DNA of 64,000 bases from Hemiscyllium ocellatum (GCF_020745735.1 NC_083420.1:50163931-50227930), one strand, 5' to 3'. Shown: positions 26,818 through 40,717, numbered from the stretch's first letter. The notes: generated by a model not told the origin, from the sequence alone. Program-made: numbers and translations.

Positions 26818-28010
26818 TAGGTTTGCTCGCTGAGCTGGAAGGTTAATTTCCAGACATTTCGTCACCATACTAGGTAACATCTTCAGTGGGCCTCCAGCGA
26901 AGCACTTCTGATAATTCTTGCTTTTTATTTATATGTTTGGGTTTCTTTGGGTCAGTGATGTTATCTCCTGTGGTGATGTCATTTCCTATTCTTTTTCTCA
27001 TGGGGTGGTAGATGGGGTCTAACTCAATGTGGTTGTTGATAGAGTTCTGGTTGGAATACCATGCTTCTAGGAATTCTCGTGCACGTCTCTGTTTGGCTTG
27101 TCCTAAGATGGATGTGTTGTCCCAGTCAAAGTGGTGTCCTTCCTCATCTGTATGTAGGGATACTAGTGAGTCATGTATCCTGGTGGCTAGTTTTCTGCCT
27201 GTTTGTCCAATGTAGTGTTTGTTACAGTTCTTGCACAGTATTTTGTAAATGACATTAGTTTTGCTTGATGTCTGTATAGGGTCTTTCAAGTTCATTAGCT
27301 GCTGTTTTAGTGTGTTGATGGGTTTGTGGGCTACCATGATGCCAAGAGGTCTGAGTAGTCTGGCAGTAATTTCCGAGATGTCTTTGATGTAGTGGAGAGT
27401 GGCTAGGGTTTCTGGACACGTTTTGTCTGCTTGTTTGGGTTTGTTGCTGAGAAATCAGCAGACTGTGTTCATTGGGTGCCCATTCTTTTTGAATACACGG
27501 TATAGGTGATTTTCCTCTGGTCTGAGTAGTTCCTCCGTGCTGCAATGTGTGTTGGCTCATTGAAATAATGTTCTGATGCAGCTTCATTTGTGGATGTTGG
27601 TATGATTGCTTCTGTAGTTCAATATTTGGTTCGTATATGTTGTTTTCCTGTAGAAGCTGGTTTAAAGTTCTCCATTGGCTGTTTGCTCTACTGTGACATC
27701 TAGGAGTGGCAGTTTGTTGTTGTTTTCCACTCTTTAGTGAATTTGATGCCAGTATGGGTACTACCAACAAACACATTGAGTTAGACCCCATCTACCACAT
27801 CCTGAGAAAAAGAACCAGAAATGACATCAGCACAGGAAATGACATCACCACATGAGATGATATCATCAACACAAAGAAATGTAAACATATAAATAGAAAG
27901 CAGGAATTATCAGCAGTGCTTCGCCTGGAGGCTCACTGAAAATGTTATCTAGTAGGGTGACGAAATGTCTGGAAATGAACCTTCCAGCTCAGCGAGCAAA
28001 CCTACTTCCA
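26818..28010 (-). mobile_element. Penelope/Poseidon-type PLE with inverted copy of its 3' end
   Basis: ORF 26870-27337 carries GIY-YIG NVIYKILCKNCNKHYIGQTGRKL...REFLEAW; about 27765-28004 is an inverted copy of the left end. Confidence 0.88.
26850..26889 (-). ncRNA. Minimal type I hammerhead ribozyme motif
   Basis: Minus strand CCA-CTGAAGA-T-GTTACC-TAGTAT-GGTGAC-GAAA-TG-TC-TGG. The inverted copy at about 27933-27972 has a core mutation (CTGAAAA). Confidence 0.7.
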
Positions 28011-28210
28011 GAGATTTAAAAAGACATGATGGGCATTTTTTTTAATACACAGAAGGTGGTTTGCATGTAGAATGAACTTCCTGAGGAAGTGGTGGATATG
28101 AGTACAATTACAACATTTAAAAAACATTTGGATAAGTACATGAATAGGAGAGGCTTGCAGGGATATGGGTCAGGAGCAAGCAAGTGAGACTAGTTTAGTT
28201 TGGGATTATG

Positions 28211-29119
28211 GAGACTGTATGTACTGCAGATGCTGGAAGTCAGAATCAATAGATGTGAAGCTGGAAAAGCACAGCAGGTCAGACAGCATCTGAGAAAAAG
28301 GAAAGTCATGTTTTCGGGCTGGAATCCTTTGTCAGGATTGGGGAGGAGAGGGAGCCCAGATGTAAATTAGGGGTGGGGGTGAAGGAGAGGACTAGTTTTT
28401 AGGGTAGGTGGGATGATGATAGGCGGATGCAGGTAGGGGGTTACTGTGATTGGTCAGTGGGAGGGGTAAACGAACAGATGAGTAGGAAGACAGACAGGTT
28501 AGGTCTGATCAGAGTGGTGAGAGTTGAAGAGTGTCGTGCTGGAAAAGCACAGCCAGTCAGGCAGCATTGAGGAGCAGGAGAATTGATATTTCGAGCGGAT
28601 GAAGAGCAATTGCTCAAAATGGCGATTCTACTGCTCCTCAGATGCTGCCTGACCACCTGTGCTTTTCCAGCACCACACTCTTTGACTCTGATGTCCAGCA
28701 TCTGCTGTCCTCACTTTCTCCCATGTGAGAGAAGTGAGGAGGGCTGGACATAGGATAAGGCTGCAAGTGGAGTGATTTTGAAGCTGGTGAAGCCAATATT
28801 GAGGCCATTTGGCTGTAAGCTCCCCAGAAAAAATATCTGATATTCTCCTCGCTTCTCTGAAATGACCTAACTTGTCCATCTGCCTACTCAGTTGCAACGC
28901 TCCCACTAACGAATCACAATAACCCCCTACCTGCATCCACCTATCACCATCCCACCTAACCTTCTCTCAGCCCTACTTCCCTCCATGTACTTCTGTGCTC
29001 CCTTCCCCTCCCCCTCCCCAATCCTGATGAAGGGTTTCGGCCTGAAACATTGACATTCCTGCTCCTTGGATGCTGTGTGACCTGCTGTGCTTTCCCAGTT
29101 TCACACCTGTTGACTCTAA
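28211..29119. mobile_element. Neptune-type PLE fold-back (inverted pLTR arms) containing a nested mini-PLE
   Basis: Left arm about 28240-28505 and right arm about 28865-29118 are diverged reverse complements; direct repeat TTTGGGATT(A/G)TG at 28199-28210 and 29120-29131; hammerhead-like CTGATGAAGGGTTTCGGCCTGAAACATT at 29024-29051. Confidence 0.8.
28521..28722. mobile_element. Fold-back mini-PLE nested in the previous element
   Basis: GAAGAGTGTCGTGCTGGAAAAGCACAG... versus ...CTGTGCTTTTCCAGCACCACACTCTT; tail CCTCACTTTCTCC on the right; decayed hammerhead at the centre. Confidence 0.8.
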
Positions 29120-30093
29120 TTTGGGATTGTGTTTGGCATCATCTGGTTGAACCGAAGGATCTGTTATCACGCTGTATGACTCTTTGACTGCAAAGGAAAT
29201 AATAACTTTGGAAAATGCCATCATAACAATTTGCTTCCAAAGTGCGTATGCAAAGACAAAATTTGCTTTTCGTTTGACAAGAAATATTGCATGATTGACC
29301 GTGCAATAAAGGCAGCATAAGTCTCAATTTTACAACTACTTTTGCCAATTAAGATATATGTTGACAGATTCCAATGGAACCATTAGCATGGGCTCCCTCC
29401 AGAGCTCATTCAGAGAAACATAATTTCTGAATTTGAACACATGACCAAACCAAAGTTCCAGTGTTATTGTAGCCACAATAATGGCAAATATCTCAGTAAA
29501 GTTGACTAGGACCCTTCACTGTGTCTGCAGTGACAGTGTTGCTGAGGTGAATGAGACAAGTGCGCGTAGGATGAAATGGAGGCACAAAATAGCTGATGGA
29601 AACAGCATCCACTTCTTCACTGCCAGTGACATGTGTATCCTTGAGACAATCATGTAATTCAAAGCCTGTGCCTGTGGATGACTCCAGGTTTGCAAATCTT
29701 ATAAAGCGGAGCGATTTTGATGCTGGTGAAGTCAATACTGAAGCCTTTTGGCTGTTAGAAAAATATCTGATATTCTCCTCACCTCTCTGACCTGACCTTT
29801 ATCGTAAAGGTTGCATATTATTTCAGCGACACTCTGACCTGCTGCTGAGCACTTGTCTCTAGTGAGTTGATCAGCTGCAAACTCTGCAGGAGTCCTGTGC
29901 TTCACCAAAATAATTCCTTTGCCCTTAGAAACTGCCTATTTATTTATTAATGACATCAACTGGTTTCTCATCATTGTCAGGTGATTTTCCTCATATTTTC
30001 ATCGTATAGCCTCACCAGCCCTTCACCAACCCTTCTCCAACTATTATGTAACTGGTAAAGGTCTCCCCATTGTGTTGAATATTTCACACTACA

Positions 30094-30902
30094 CTTCTTT
30101 TCTACAATTCCACTTGCAATGTCTGATCCCAATCAGCACAAGAAAACGTAATCTGTTGGCAGTGAAACCTCAAGTGTGGGATATCTATTTGGTTGATGCG
30201 ACACCGGGTACCTTGGAAATAATAAGTATACATATCTGACTCTAACCCTTCATTTACCCTGTTCTTGGGAGATGGTGACTTAAAAATATTACTTGAATGG
30301 CTCCAGAGATGAAATATTACAGTTAAGTAAATAAATTGGAAAAGCTGGGGTCAATTCCCACAGACAAAACAAAGGTAAAACAAACCTTGATAGTTCTGTT
30401 TAAGACTGAGTACAGCTTAGAACCAATAAATAAAGAAAAATGGTTCCAGTAATAAAATATTTAATGACTGGAGGACAGATTTAAAGTAACCAGTAAAAGA
30501 ACCAAGCAGCATTAGGAAAAACAAATGGTTATGCAACAAGTGGTTAGAATTTGAAATCCAGACCCAACAGTGTTGTGGTTATACTTTCAATAATAACTTT
30601 CAAAAGGGAATTAAACTGTGCTTGAAAGAGATAAGAATCGCAAAGATACAAGGAAATAGCGGTTAGTGGGACGAGGTGGATTGCTTTTTCAAAGAACTGC
30701 CTTCTTCTTTTCTACAATTCCACTTGCAATGTCTGATCCCAATCAGCACAAGAAAACGTAATCTGTTGGCAGTGAAACCTCAAGTGTGGGATGTCCATTT
30801 GGTTGATGCGACACCAGGTACCTTGGAAATAATAAGTATACATATCTGATTCTAACCCTTCACTTACCCTGTTCTTGGGAGATGGTGACTTAAAAATATT
30901 AC
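30094..30902 (+). repeat. 199-bp direct repeat (30094-30292 and 30704-30902) around an old CR1-like fragment
   Basis: Five mismatches counted by eye between the copies. Confidence 0.92.
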
Positions 30903-30928
30903 GTTGATGTCCATAGGACAGTTTAATA

Positions 30929-31815
30929 TAGAGCCATAGAGATGTACAGTACGGAAACAGACCCTTCAATAGAAATTGTCCATGCTGACCAGATATCCTA
31001 ACTGAATTTATCCCTCTCAACCCTTCCCATTCATATACCCATCCAGATGCCTTTAAATGTTTTAATTATATCAGCCCGTACCACTTCGTCCAGCAGCTCA
31101 TTCCATACACGCACCACCCTCTGCGTGAAAAGTTGCCCCTTAGGTTCCTTATAAATCTTTCCCCTCTCACCCTAAACCTATGCCCTCCAGTTCTGGACTC
31201 CCCGACCCCAGAGAAAAGATCTTGTCTATTTACTCTATCCATGCCCCTCATGATTTAAAAAACCTCTATGAGGTCACCCCTCAGCCTCCAACGCTCCAGG
31301 GGAAACAGCCCCAGCCTGTTCAGCCTCTCCCTATAGCTCAAATCTTCCAATCCTGGCAACATCCTTCTAAATCTTTTCTGAACCCTTTCAGGTTTCACAA
31401 CATTCTTCCAATAGGAGGGAGAGCAGAACTGAACACAATATTCCAAAAGTAGCCTAACCAATGTCTTGTACTGCTGCAGCATGACCTCCCAACTCCTATT
31501 GCTCTGAGCAATAAAGGAAAGCATACTAAATGCCTTCTTCACTATCCTATTTACCTGCAACTCCACTTTCAAGGAACTAATAACCTGCACTCCAAGATCT
31601 CTTTGTCAGCAACACTCCCCAGTACCTTACCATTAAGTGTATAAGTCCTGCCTGGATTTGCCTTTCCAAAACGCAGCACCTCATATTTATTTAATTTAAA
31701 GTCCATCTGCCATTCCTCAGCCCGTTGGGGTGATCAAGATCCCGTTGCACTCTGAGGTAATTTTCTTCCCTACACACTACACCTCCAATTCTAGTGTCTT
31801 CTGCAAACTTACTAT
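30929..31815 (-). mobile_element. CR1 LINE 3' end
   Basis: ORFs 31255-31590, 31066-31251 and SKFAEDTRIGGVV in 31691-31924. Confidence 0.9.
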
Positions 31816-32107
31816 CATCGATGATCAACTGGATTATAACATAGAACAACAATACTTTATGAAGGGTCTTAAATCTCATAGGCATAGAAGAGACTTCATA
31901 GATCTGATGATGGGTCATAAACAAGTGACGTTAACCGTACCTTGCCCTCTCCACCAACGCTGCCTGATTTGCTTTTTATGGCCATGCGGTGCAAAATTAA
32001 GCTGTAATTTGCAACTGTCTTTGTGATCATTGTTGCATTACTATTTAACTTTATGCACTTTATGTACCAAAGTACGTGAAATTAACAATACATTTACATG
32101 TACTGTT

Positions 32108-32274
32108 GGGAGAAAGTAAGGACTGCAGATGCTGGAGATCAGAGTCGAAGAGTGTGGTGCTGGAAAAGCACAGCCATTCAGGCAGCAACAATGAAGAACT
32201 TATGCTTGAAACGTTGAACCTCCTGCTCCTCTGATGCTGCCTGACTGGCTATGTTTTTCCAGCACCACACTCTT
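32108..32274. mobile_element. Fold-back mini-PLE with partly deleted centre
   Basis: Tail GGAGAAAGTAAGGACTGCAGATGCTGGAGATC, arms AAGAGTGTGGTGCTGGAAAAGCA / TGTTTTTCCAGCACCACACTCTT; imperfect direct repeat A(C/T)ATGT(A/G)CTGTT on both flanks. Confidence 0.8.
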
Positions 32275-32339
32275 ATATGTGCTGTTCCCTATTTTCTTTC
32301 CCATTCTCCATTCATGGCATGATATTAACTTTGCAGAAG

Positions 32340-32856
32340 TGCCACTGTTGGAATATTGTGTGCAATTCTATTCTCCTTCCTGTCGGAAACATGTTGTGAA
32401 ACTTGAAAAGGTTCAGAAAAGATTTACAAGGATGGAGGATTTCAGCAGGAGAGGTTGAATAGGCTAGGGCAGCTTTCCCTGGAGCGGCAGAGGCTGAGGT
32501 TTACAAACTAATGAAGGGCATGGATAGGATAAACAAACAAAGTCTTTTCCTTGGGTGGGGGAGTCCAGAACTAAAGGGCATAGGTTTAGAGTGAGAGGGG
32601 AAAGATATTAAAGAACCTAAGAGGCAACATTTTCACGCAGAGGATGTACGTGTATGGAATGAGCTGCCAGAGGATGTGGTGGAGGCTGGTACAATTGCAA
32701 CTTTAATAGGCATCTGGATGGGTATGAATAGGAAGGGTTTGGAGGGATATGGGCCAGGTGATGGCAAGAGGGACAAGATTGGGTTAGGATACCTGGTCAG
32801 CATTTATGAGTTGGACCGAAGGATCTGTTTCCATGCTGTTCATCTCTATGACTCTA
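32340..32856 (+). mobile_element. CR1 LINE 3' end
   Basis: PLLEYCVQFYSP...LEKVQKRFTRM; ends CTCTATGACTCTAA. Confidence 0.85.
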
Positions 32857-34303
32857 AGTGGGCTTTCCCAGTCACAGGTCAACATACTTGCTCAAGAATA
32901 TGGCTGGAGTGAGAAGAAAATACAGTCCATTTCACAACCACTTATTCATATCTCTGAATATCACTGATATTCCATTCACTGGTGGAAGCAGAGTCATTAC
33001 AGACATTTAAGTGACTGCTGGCCATGCACGTGGATAGCCAGTGAATTGAGGGGTGCGTAGGTTAAGTTATTTCATTTTACATTAGGATGAATGCTCAGAA
33101 CAACATCATGGGCCAAAGGGCCTGTTCTGTGTTGTACTTTTGTATGTATTATATGTATGTATATATACGTTTCCTCAGTGACAGATTTATGGAATTTGGG
33201 AGTTGGAAGTTAGTCAAAACAGAGGAATTTGAGCTTGTGTTATAGGCTGGAATCTTGAAATATAATTATTCAATTGGTCAGTTGAATGCCCAGTGTTTGC
33301 CAATTTATGTGATGGCATGTGTTAACAATTGAAGCATTGACGGCTGGCCCAACTACTCTTAAAGCTGAGGCTACGAAAAGCTAGTTGTGAATCTTGTTCT
33401 ACTAACGATTTAAACTGTATTCCAGTTGAAAATTCTCAATTTGTATCTATGCCTGGTAGATGGCAGACTGTACAGTGTAAGTGAGCACAAAAAAAATGTG
33501 ATTACGTGCTTTCCACTAACATTTCATCTAATTGCCTTTACTAACCTCCCTAAGTTTCTGCTTTGCAACAAGGCAAGAGTTCACAGGAATTGTCGCTGTC
33601 CTGAAGAGCAGAAAATCGATGTGGCCTTATTATTCATAAAAAGACCACAAGATATATAATGCTCAAGGTAGATAATTGATGAATCTTAACAAATGACACT
33701 AACTGCACGCTATTGCAAAGTCAGTGATGCTCGTAGTGTACTTTAGTAAGCATTACCGGATCCTCATTTCAGTGAAGTCACGTTTTACGGTAAACCAGAG
33801 TCGGAATGAACACTTCCACAAGTGGGTTGTGAATGACCTGCGGCGACACCAATGTGGTAAAACAGCACCACGCAAGACTATCTGGCCCGCAATCGCCTAA
33901 AAAGAACTAACACTAGCAGCATCCGTCCCGTTCTCATTGTTTCTTTTCGGATAGTCACCTACCGCCCTTTCGAGAAGGGGAGGTTGTGGGGAAAGAGTCA
34001 TTCTGTCGCCACCTGATTGTGGTGTATATGTTGTTAATGCCACAGGCACAAAAAGATTGTTTTTTTGGGGGGGGGCGTGGATAAAAAAAAAGGTCTTTCC
34101 AATTGAAGAGCGAGGGGAGTGTGGATTGGGATGGGGCGGGGGGGAAAGAGAAAAGACAGTGTGAGTGTTTCAGACATTGCAGGTTTCGCCTTGGGATGGG
34201 GGTGGGGATGGGTGAAGGGAGGAAACTAGGGAAGGAGGGGGCGGGGGGGGGTTTGGTGGCTGTGGCTGGGAGGGGGGGGGGGGTTTGGGGGTGTGACGCT
34301 GAG

Positions 34304-34383
34304 CCAATAGAAGCCATGATGTTGCAAACGTTCCCTTTTATGGTTACAGAAGGGTGTGGGCGGGGCCGACACGCGGTATATAA
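34304..34383 (+). promoter_or_regulatory. ACTB: ACTB core promoter: CCAAT (34304), CArG CCTTTTATGG (34334-34343), GC box (about 34358), TATA (34377-34383)
   Basis: Same motif order as vertebrate beta-actin promoters; lies in a CpG-rich island (about 33830-35960). Confidence 0.92.
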
Positions 34384-34408
34384 CGGCGAAGCCGCGCCGG
34401 CTCGAGCC

Positions 34409-34475
34409 ACTTTGAACGCCCAACGGCTGAGAGCGAGACCAGACTTGCATCCACAAGGCGAGAGGGAAACTAACG
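34409..34475 (+). other. ACTB: ACTB non-coding exon 1 (5' UTR)
   Basis: Starts about 30 nt after the TATA box (TSS approximate); donor G|GTAAGG at 34475/34476. Confidence 0.75.
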
Positions 34476-35760
34476 GTAAGGCAAACTTTATATAAAAAAA
34501 GGCCATCAAACATTTTTCCCCCCTCATCCACCTCAAACAAAAAAAAATCTACTTTAGCTCGAGCCTAAATATAAGGCTACGAATAACTAAAATCGAATAG
34601 GCTTGTTGCTGGACGGTATTTAACATAGTGCCGACAGGTCTAACTAATCGGTGTTGGCTAACTTAACAAAACCGGCATTCGTTGATTATTTCTGGGGCTT
34701 ATTTTCACATTCTGGCTGAAATATGTAGACGGGGGTTCTATTTCTATTGTGGCGGCGGGCGCAAAGATGTATCTTATCTTTGACTCCACTTGAGGCGAGT
34801 GGTAGAAACACGCGAGGCGGGAAATGCGGTGATGGATGAAGTGTGTGGCTCGGCTAGTTTGTGCCTATAACGGTTCTGAATGTTAGCCCGAGGGGATGGT
34901 GAAGTTAACGGGTCTGTGGGGGGTGTGTGTGTGGGGAGAAGGCGGAGCCGCTATTCGTGTGGCGGCGGCGGCGAGGGCGAGCTGCTGCTTGCTGGAGCTG
35001 GGAGGAGGGCGCTGATGGATCTTTCTAGAAGGAAGATGGCGGGGGAGGGGAAATCTCAGGAACGGAGTCGCGTTTTTTCCCCCTCAACCACCCCCCCCCC
35101 CCCCCTTATGGTAGGGTGTGGTGCCGATACTCGAGCCTGATACCCGACTGATGAGTTTGGGGGGGCGACCGCCGTTTGGCTCACCTCGTTTGTTCTCGGT
35201 GCTGGTCCCGGGGGGAGGGGCACCCGGCTTTCTCTCTCAATGTTCGGGGGGGAAGGGGAAGGGGCAGGGAGAATGAACCGCTTCTCTCTCCTCTTCTCCC
35301 CCCCCCCCCCCCCCCCGATAGTGGAAGGGATGGTACTGGCAGAGATAGGGCGTGGTTGAATAATCTTCGCCTCCCCACTCGGTGTTATCGAAGGGGCAGC
35401 GGCCGGCTTCGGGTGTTGCCATCGGAGCGGCTCCCCCCGCTCTCCCTCCCACGCGGACGCTGCCGCGCATGCGCCCCGCTCCGAGCCAACGGTCCCGGCG
35501 GCCTCTGCGGGAGAGCGAGACCTTGAGATGTCGCTTCCTCCCTTTTGTCTCCACTAAGCCGAAACTGTGTGGCAGTGCCCTTTCCTTCCGGAGGGGGGGG
35601 AGGGGTGGGGAAGATATGACAGGGATGGGTGTGACCTCTTTGTGTACCTTTGTACCAGGGGAAGTTGGTCAGTTCAATTCTGCGATGGCTGGTTTCCGTG
35701 GTTCTAGCCTCAAGCTGGCCGCGAGCCAAGTGCCTTGCCCCTCCCCCGCCCGCTGTACAA

Positions 35761-35787
35761 GCCATTGCCTTTTAAGGGCAATGCGAG
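35761..35787 (+). promoter_or_regulatory. ACTB: ACTB intron 1 CArG enhancer (CCTTTTAAGG, 35768-35777)
   Basis: GCCATTGCCTTTTAAGG matches the GCCATTGCCTTTTATGG element of the amniote beta-actin intron 1. Confidence 0.8.
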
Positions 35788-36056
35788 TTTCTTTGTTTCT
35801 GGCTCCCGCAGCAGCCAGCGCCCTCTGGTGTTAATGGGGGGGCGAGCCCGCCAGAGGGAACATGTGCTCATGAAGGAGCTTGATCAGCACAAGTACACGA
35901 AACACCAAAGCGTTCTATTCTCTAGAGGCTAACAGCGCGAGTGCCAACTTTGCGCAATGACGAATACCTGTGATGCATTATTAAAGATTACATTTCGTGA
36001 ATTTCAGTATCCAGTCGAATATTCCTTTTACCTGCCCTTGTAATTTTTTTAGGTAA

Positions 36057-36682
<626 letters not shown>

Positions 36683-36949
36683 TGAATTCCATTAACTTGT
36701 GCATGTTGTGTTTCTAATCTTGGAGTTCTTTCCACTTGGCATTAATTAATGTAAGATATTTTTGGATAACGTGAGGGAGCTAAAACTTCAAATTTTGGCT
36801 GAGTTTACAAGCTTTTTGTTTGATATCTGAATAAGTGATCAGGTGTGGTCTTGTATCTTTGCATTTGAAACATGGTTTTGACAGAACACCTTGCATGTAT
36901 ACCATTGCCTTTTTGCTGCTGACTTGCCACTTAAATTCACAAGTTGTAG

Positions 36950-37492
<543 letters not shown>

Positions 37493-37578
37493 TAAATTGT
37501 TGCTTTACCTTAAGATGACTGTTGCTGGTTGCCATTAGTCATGGCATGGAAATGAAATACTGGAAATTAGTGGAGTAA

Positions 37579-37782
<204 letters not shown>

Positions 37783-37852
37783 TGAAAATTTTCAACTGCC
37801 TCATAAGTAGCCTGATGGGGTTAGTAACAATAAATCTTAAACTAAAACTTAA

Positions 37853-38062
<210 letters not shown>

Positions 38063-38515
38063 GCAGACTGTAACTCATGATGATTGCGCGAGATGAATTG
38101 GCATGGCTTTAGTGCTTGTCTCAGGAATAAAAACTGGAACAGTGAAGGTGTTGGTGGTATTTTTGGCAACAAGCATCCCAGAAGTTCTGCAATGCGTTCA
38201 AGGACTGAATTGTACATTTAGTCATTCCAAAATATTGATGTAAAGGATTGCATTGTCTAAGGTTATTAAAGCCTCTGTGAAGGCTGCCCAAAAAGTGGGA
38301 GCGAATACTTAACCTTGTGTAGTATTGCTTATATGTAAATTATGTAACCGAAAAATGTCCTGTTTTGTACTTTCCGCCTTAAATTTTCGGTCCTTTTTGA
38401 TTTTGGTATGCAAAAAGCTTTACCTTTATACAAACACAAGTGAGGTTTACATCCCCTGGGCACGATATGGACAGTTAAACTTGGGTGATGCCAGTTTGTT
38501 GGACCTACACTGACT

Positions 38516-38521
38516 AATAAA
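38516..38521 (+). terminator. ACTB: ACTB polyadenylation signal AATAAA
   Basis: AATAAAGTGCACA context, as at the end of vertebrate ACTB 3' UTRs. Confidence 0.85.
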
Positions 38522-40449
38522 GTGCACATGTTTAAATGGAAAGTTTGGAGTTGCTGATCCTTTTTTAAGTAAAAGTAAGATTATAAGATGGTATTAATGT
38601 ATTCCTTTCATGCTAGGCAGTTTTAAAAATTAAATATCAATGCAGTCTTTTGTCTTCAAGTTCTGGCCTAAAGATAAGTTGGATTTACCCAGTTCTTGAT
38701 CTGTACTAAACTTTCTGACAATTGGTTCCATCAAGATGTGAAAAGGACTTCGATCAAAGTTGACTAGTTTTCTAATGTTTTTGCTCAGTGATCACTTACT
38801 TTGGTCCAGCAGTGTTTTTTCTCTTAATCATAATTTAGTAATAGTAATAAACTACCTACTGGCTTTGGTTAATTTATTTAAATTGTCCATAATTAGAACT
38901 GTCCTAATCAAAGCAATGATGTAATGAGATTTGGCATCATCTTTTGAATGCAACTTTTAAATTTGCAATGTCTCAATATTGCAGGTGTATTGTAATGCCT
39001 GCAGTTAACCCAATTTGACAGGAAATGCAACAATTACCTTGTACACAGTCTCTCAAACAGCAATAGGATAACCTGATAATCCAGCAGGCAAGTGTTGACA
39101 GGATACAAGCCAAAGACTTGATGGCATTCAGGGCTCTTCATATTTTGTCTCACTTGTAGGAATGAAGTTTTGAAGATGTTACCTGCTGAGAACTGCTAAC
39201 AAAATAGCTGATTTGGGAAGAATGAAATCCATCAGCTACTTAGTGAATAGATGTTAAAATGTTAAATAATTGTCATCATGTAACAGACATGAAAAGGTGA
39301 AATAATGCTGTCAGTTGTTACTACACTAACATTGATAATATAAAAGGTGGGAAGACATCTCTGGAGCAGGTGGGCCTTGAACTTGGTAGGCCTGTTACTA
39401 CATTAGAAAATTTTGCTACATGGAGATACTGTAATCACTGTTCAGAAATGTTATTGCATACCTTTTAGAGCAGCTGTGACAAATGTAGGTCCTTTGCAGA
39501 AGAAGGAAACTACCACTGAAGATATTAAACAGAATAGCTAGACTGGAGAAGGGATAGAGACAGCAATCTTCTAAATTGTGCAGTGTTAAATTTCAGCACC
39601 AGGTTATAGTGCTTCCAAATAGACCTGTTGGTCTATAACCTGCTGTTGTGATTTTTAACTTTGTGCACATCATCTCCAAATCAAGTTAGTATAGATATAA
39701 ACAACACTTCACATTATATTTTGACGATTAGGATTTGCTGTAAATATGAAGTAAAATATGTATCTCAACAATATATTAGATCTGGTTGATATTCACATGA
39801 ATTTCATTCCTTGAAGTAGTCTCCAGGTTTGTAGGAAGTGTTGAGTCATCCATTGACTTTCTTAATTCTAAGTTTTCTGTTCAGTTAAATTATTGGAATA
39901 TAATAGGCAGTTTGTTTATGCAATCTCCTATATCTTAGGCTGACAAATTACACACTGCATTTCTTAATGTCGTGAAGCACATTGCAGAAAAGCCTAAGTT
40001 GTTTTTGCCTTTGGTGGCAGGTTATTTCTATGGTTGCATAGACACCATTTTAAATAAAAACCTGGGTTTCCACTGTTAGCTCTACTAGTCTGACCAGCTT
40101 TGAGTGATGTGGCTTAATACACACAGAAGCTTGAGGAAGGGCCATTTATTTGATAGACAGTATATTGAAGTTCAAAAAACTAAATATCTTAAAGAACTGA
40201 CTGCGGACCAGTCATCTTTCAGTGATTCATTCACACATGGGTGACTGCAATTTTGCTTCTTCAAAAGATTTTGATCATTTGCAAAAACATTGTAGATTTT
40301 CTCCAAAAGCTCATTCAAGCATAATTTTTAATTAGCTTGAGCTGTAATTGAATAGTCTAATTGCATGTAAAGACAGAAGTGCAAAGTTTTGTCTATACAC
40401 AATGTTTCCATAAGAAGTTCTGAGATATTGAAACATTTTTTAAAAAGAG

Positions 40450-40717
40450 TAGATTCTCTACAGTGTGGAAACAGGCCCTTCAGCCCACCAAGTTTACACC
40501 AACCCTCTGAAGAGTAACACAGCCCTACCCATTTCCCTCTGACTAATGCACCTAACACTGGGCAATTTAACATAGCCAATTCACCTAAACTACACATCTT
40601 TGGACTGTGGGAGGAAACCCACACAGATACAGAGAGAATGTGCAAGCTCCACACTCACCCAAGGCTGGAATTGAACCTGGGATTCTGGTGCTGTGAGGCA
40701 GCAGTGCTAGCCACCAT
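40450..40717 (-). mobile_element. tRNA-SINE (HE1-like), internally deleted
   Basis: Reverse complement of the 5699-6060 family. Confidence 0.82.

Larger units (their letters stand above)
26255..29188 (+). mobile_element. CR1 LINE 3' portion split by several PLE insertions
   Basis: Collinear CR1 pieces at about 26255-26372, 26595-26817, 28011-28210 and 29120-29188, ending in CTGTATGACTCTTTGACT. Confidence 0.8.

Noticed and set aside
26818-28010. DNA transposon with long TIRs (also considered for 42572-44508)
   Set aside because: The inverted ends are copies of the PLE 3' region and the cargo is RT/GIY-YIG, not a transposase.
3200-33800. A further host gene upstream of ACTB (FSCN1 is expected by synteny)
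   Set aside because: No fascin-like or other spliceable coding exons were recognised; small exons could have been missed.
33955-35932. Many 100-190 aa ORFs on both strands
   Set aside because: GC-rich ACTB promoter and intron 1; no recognisable domains.
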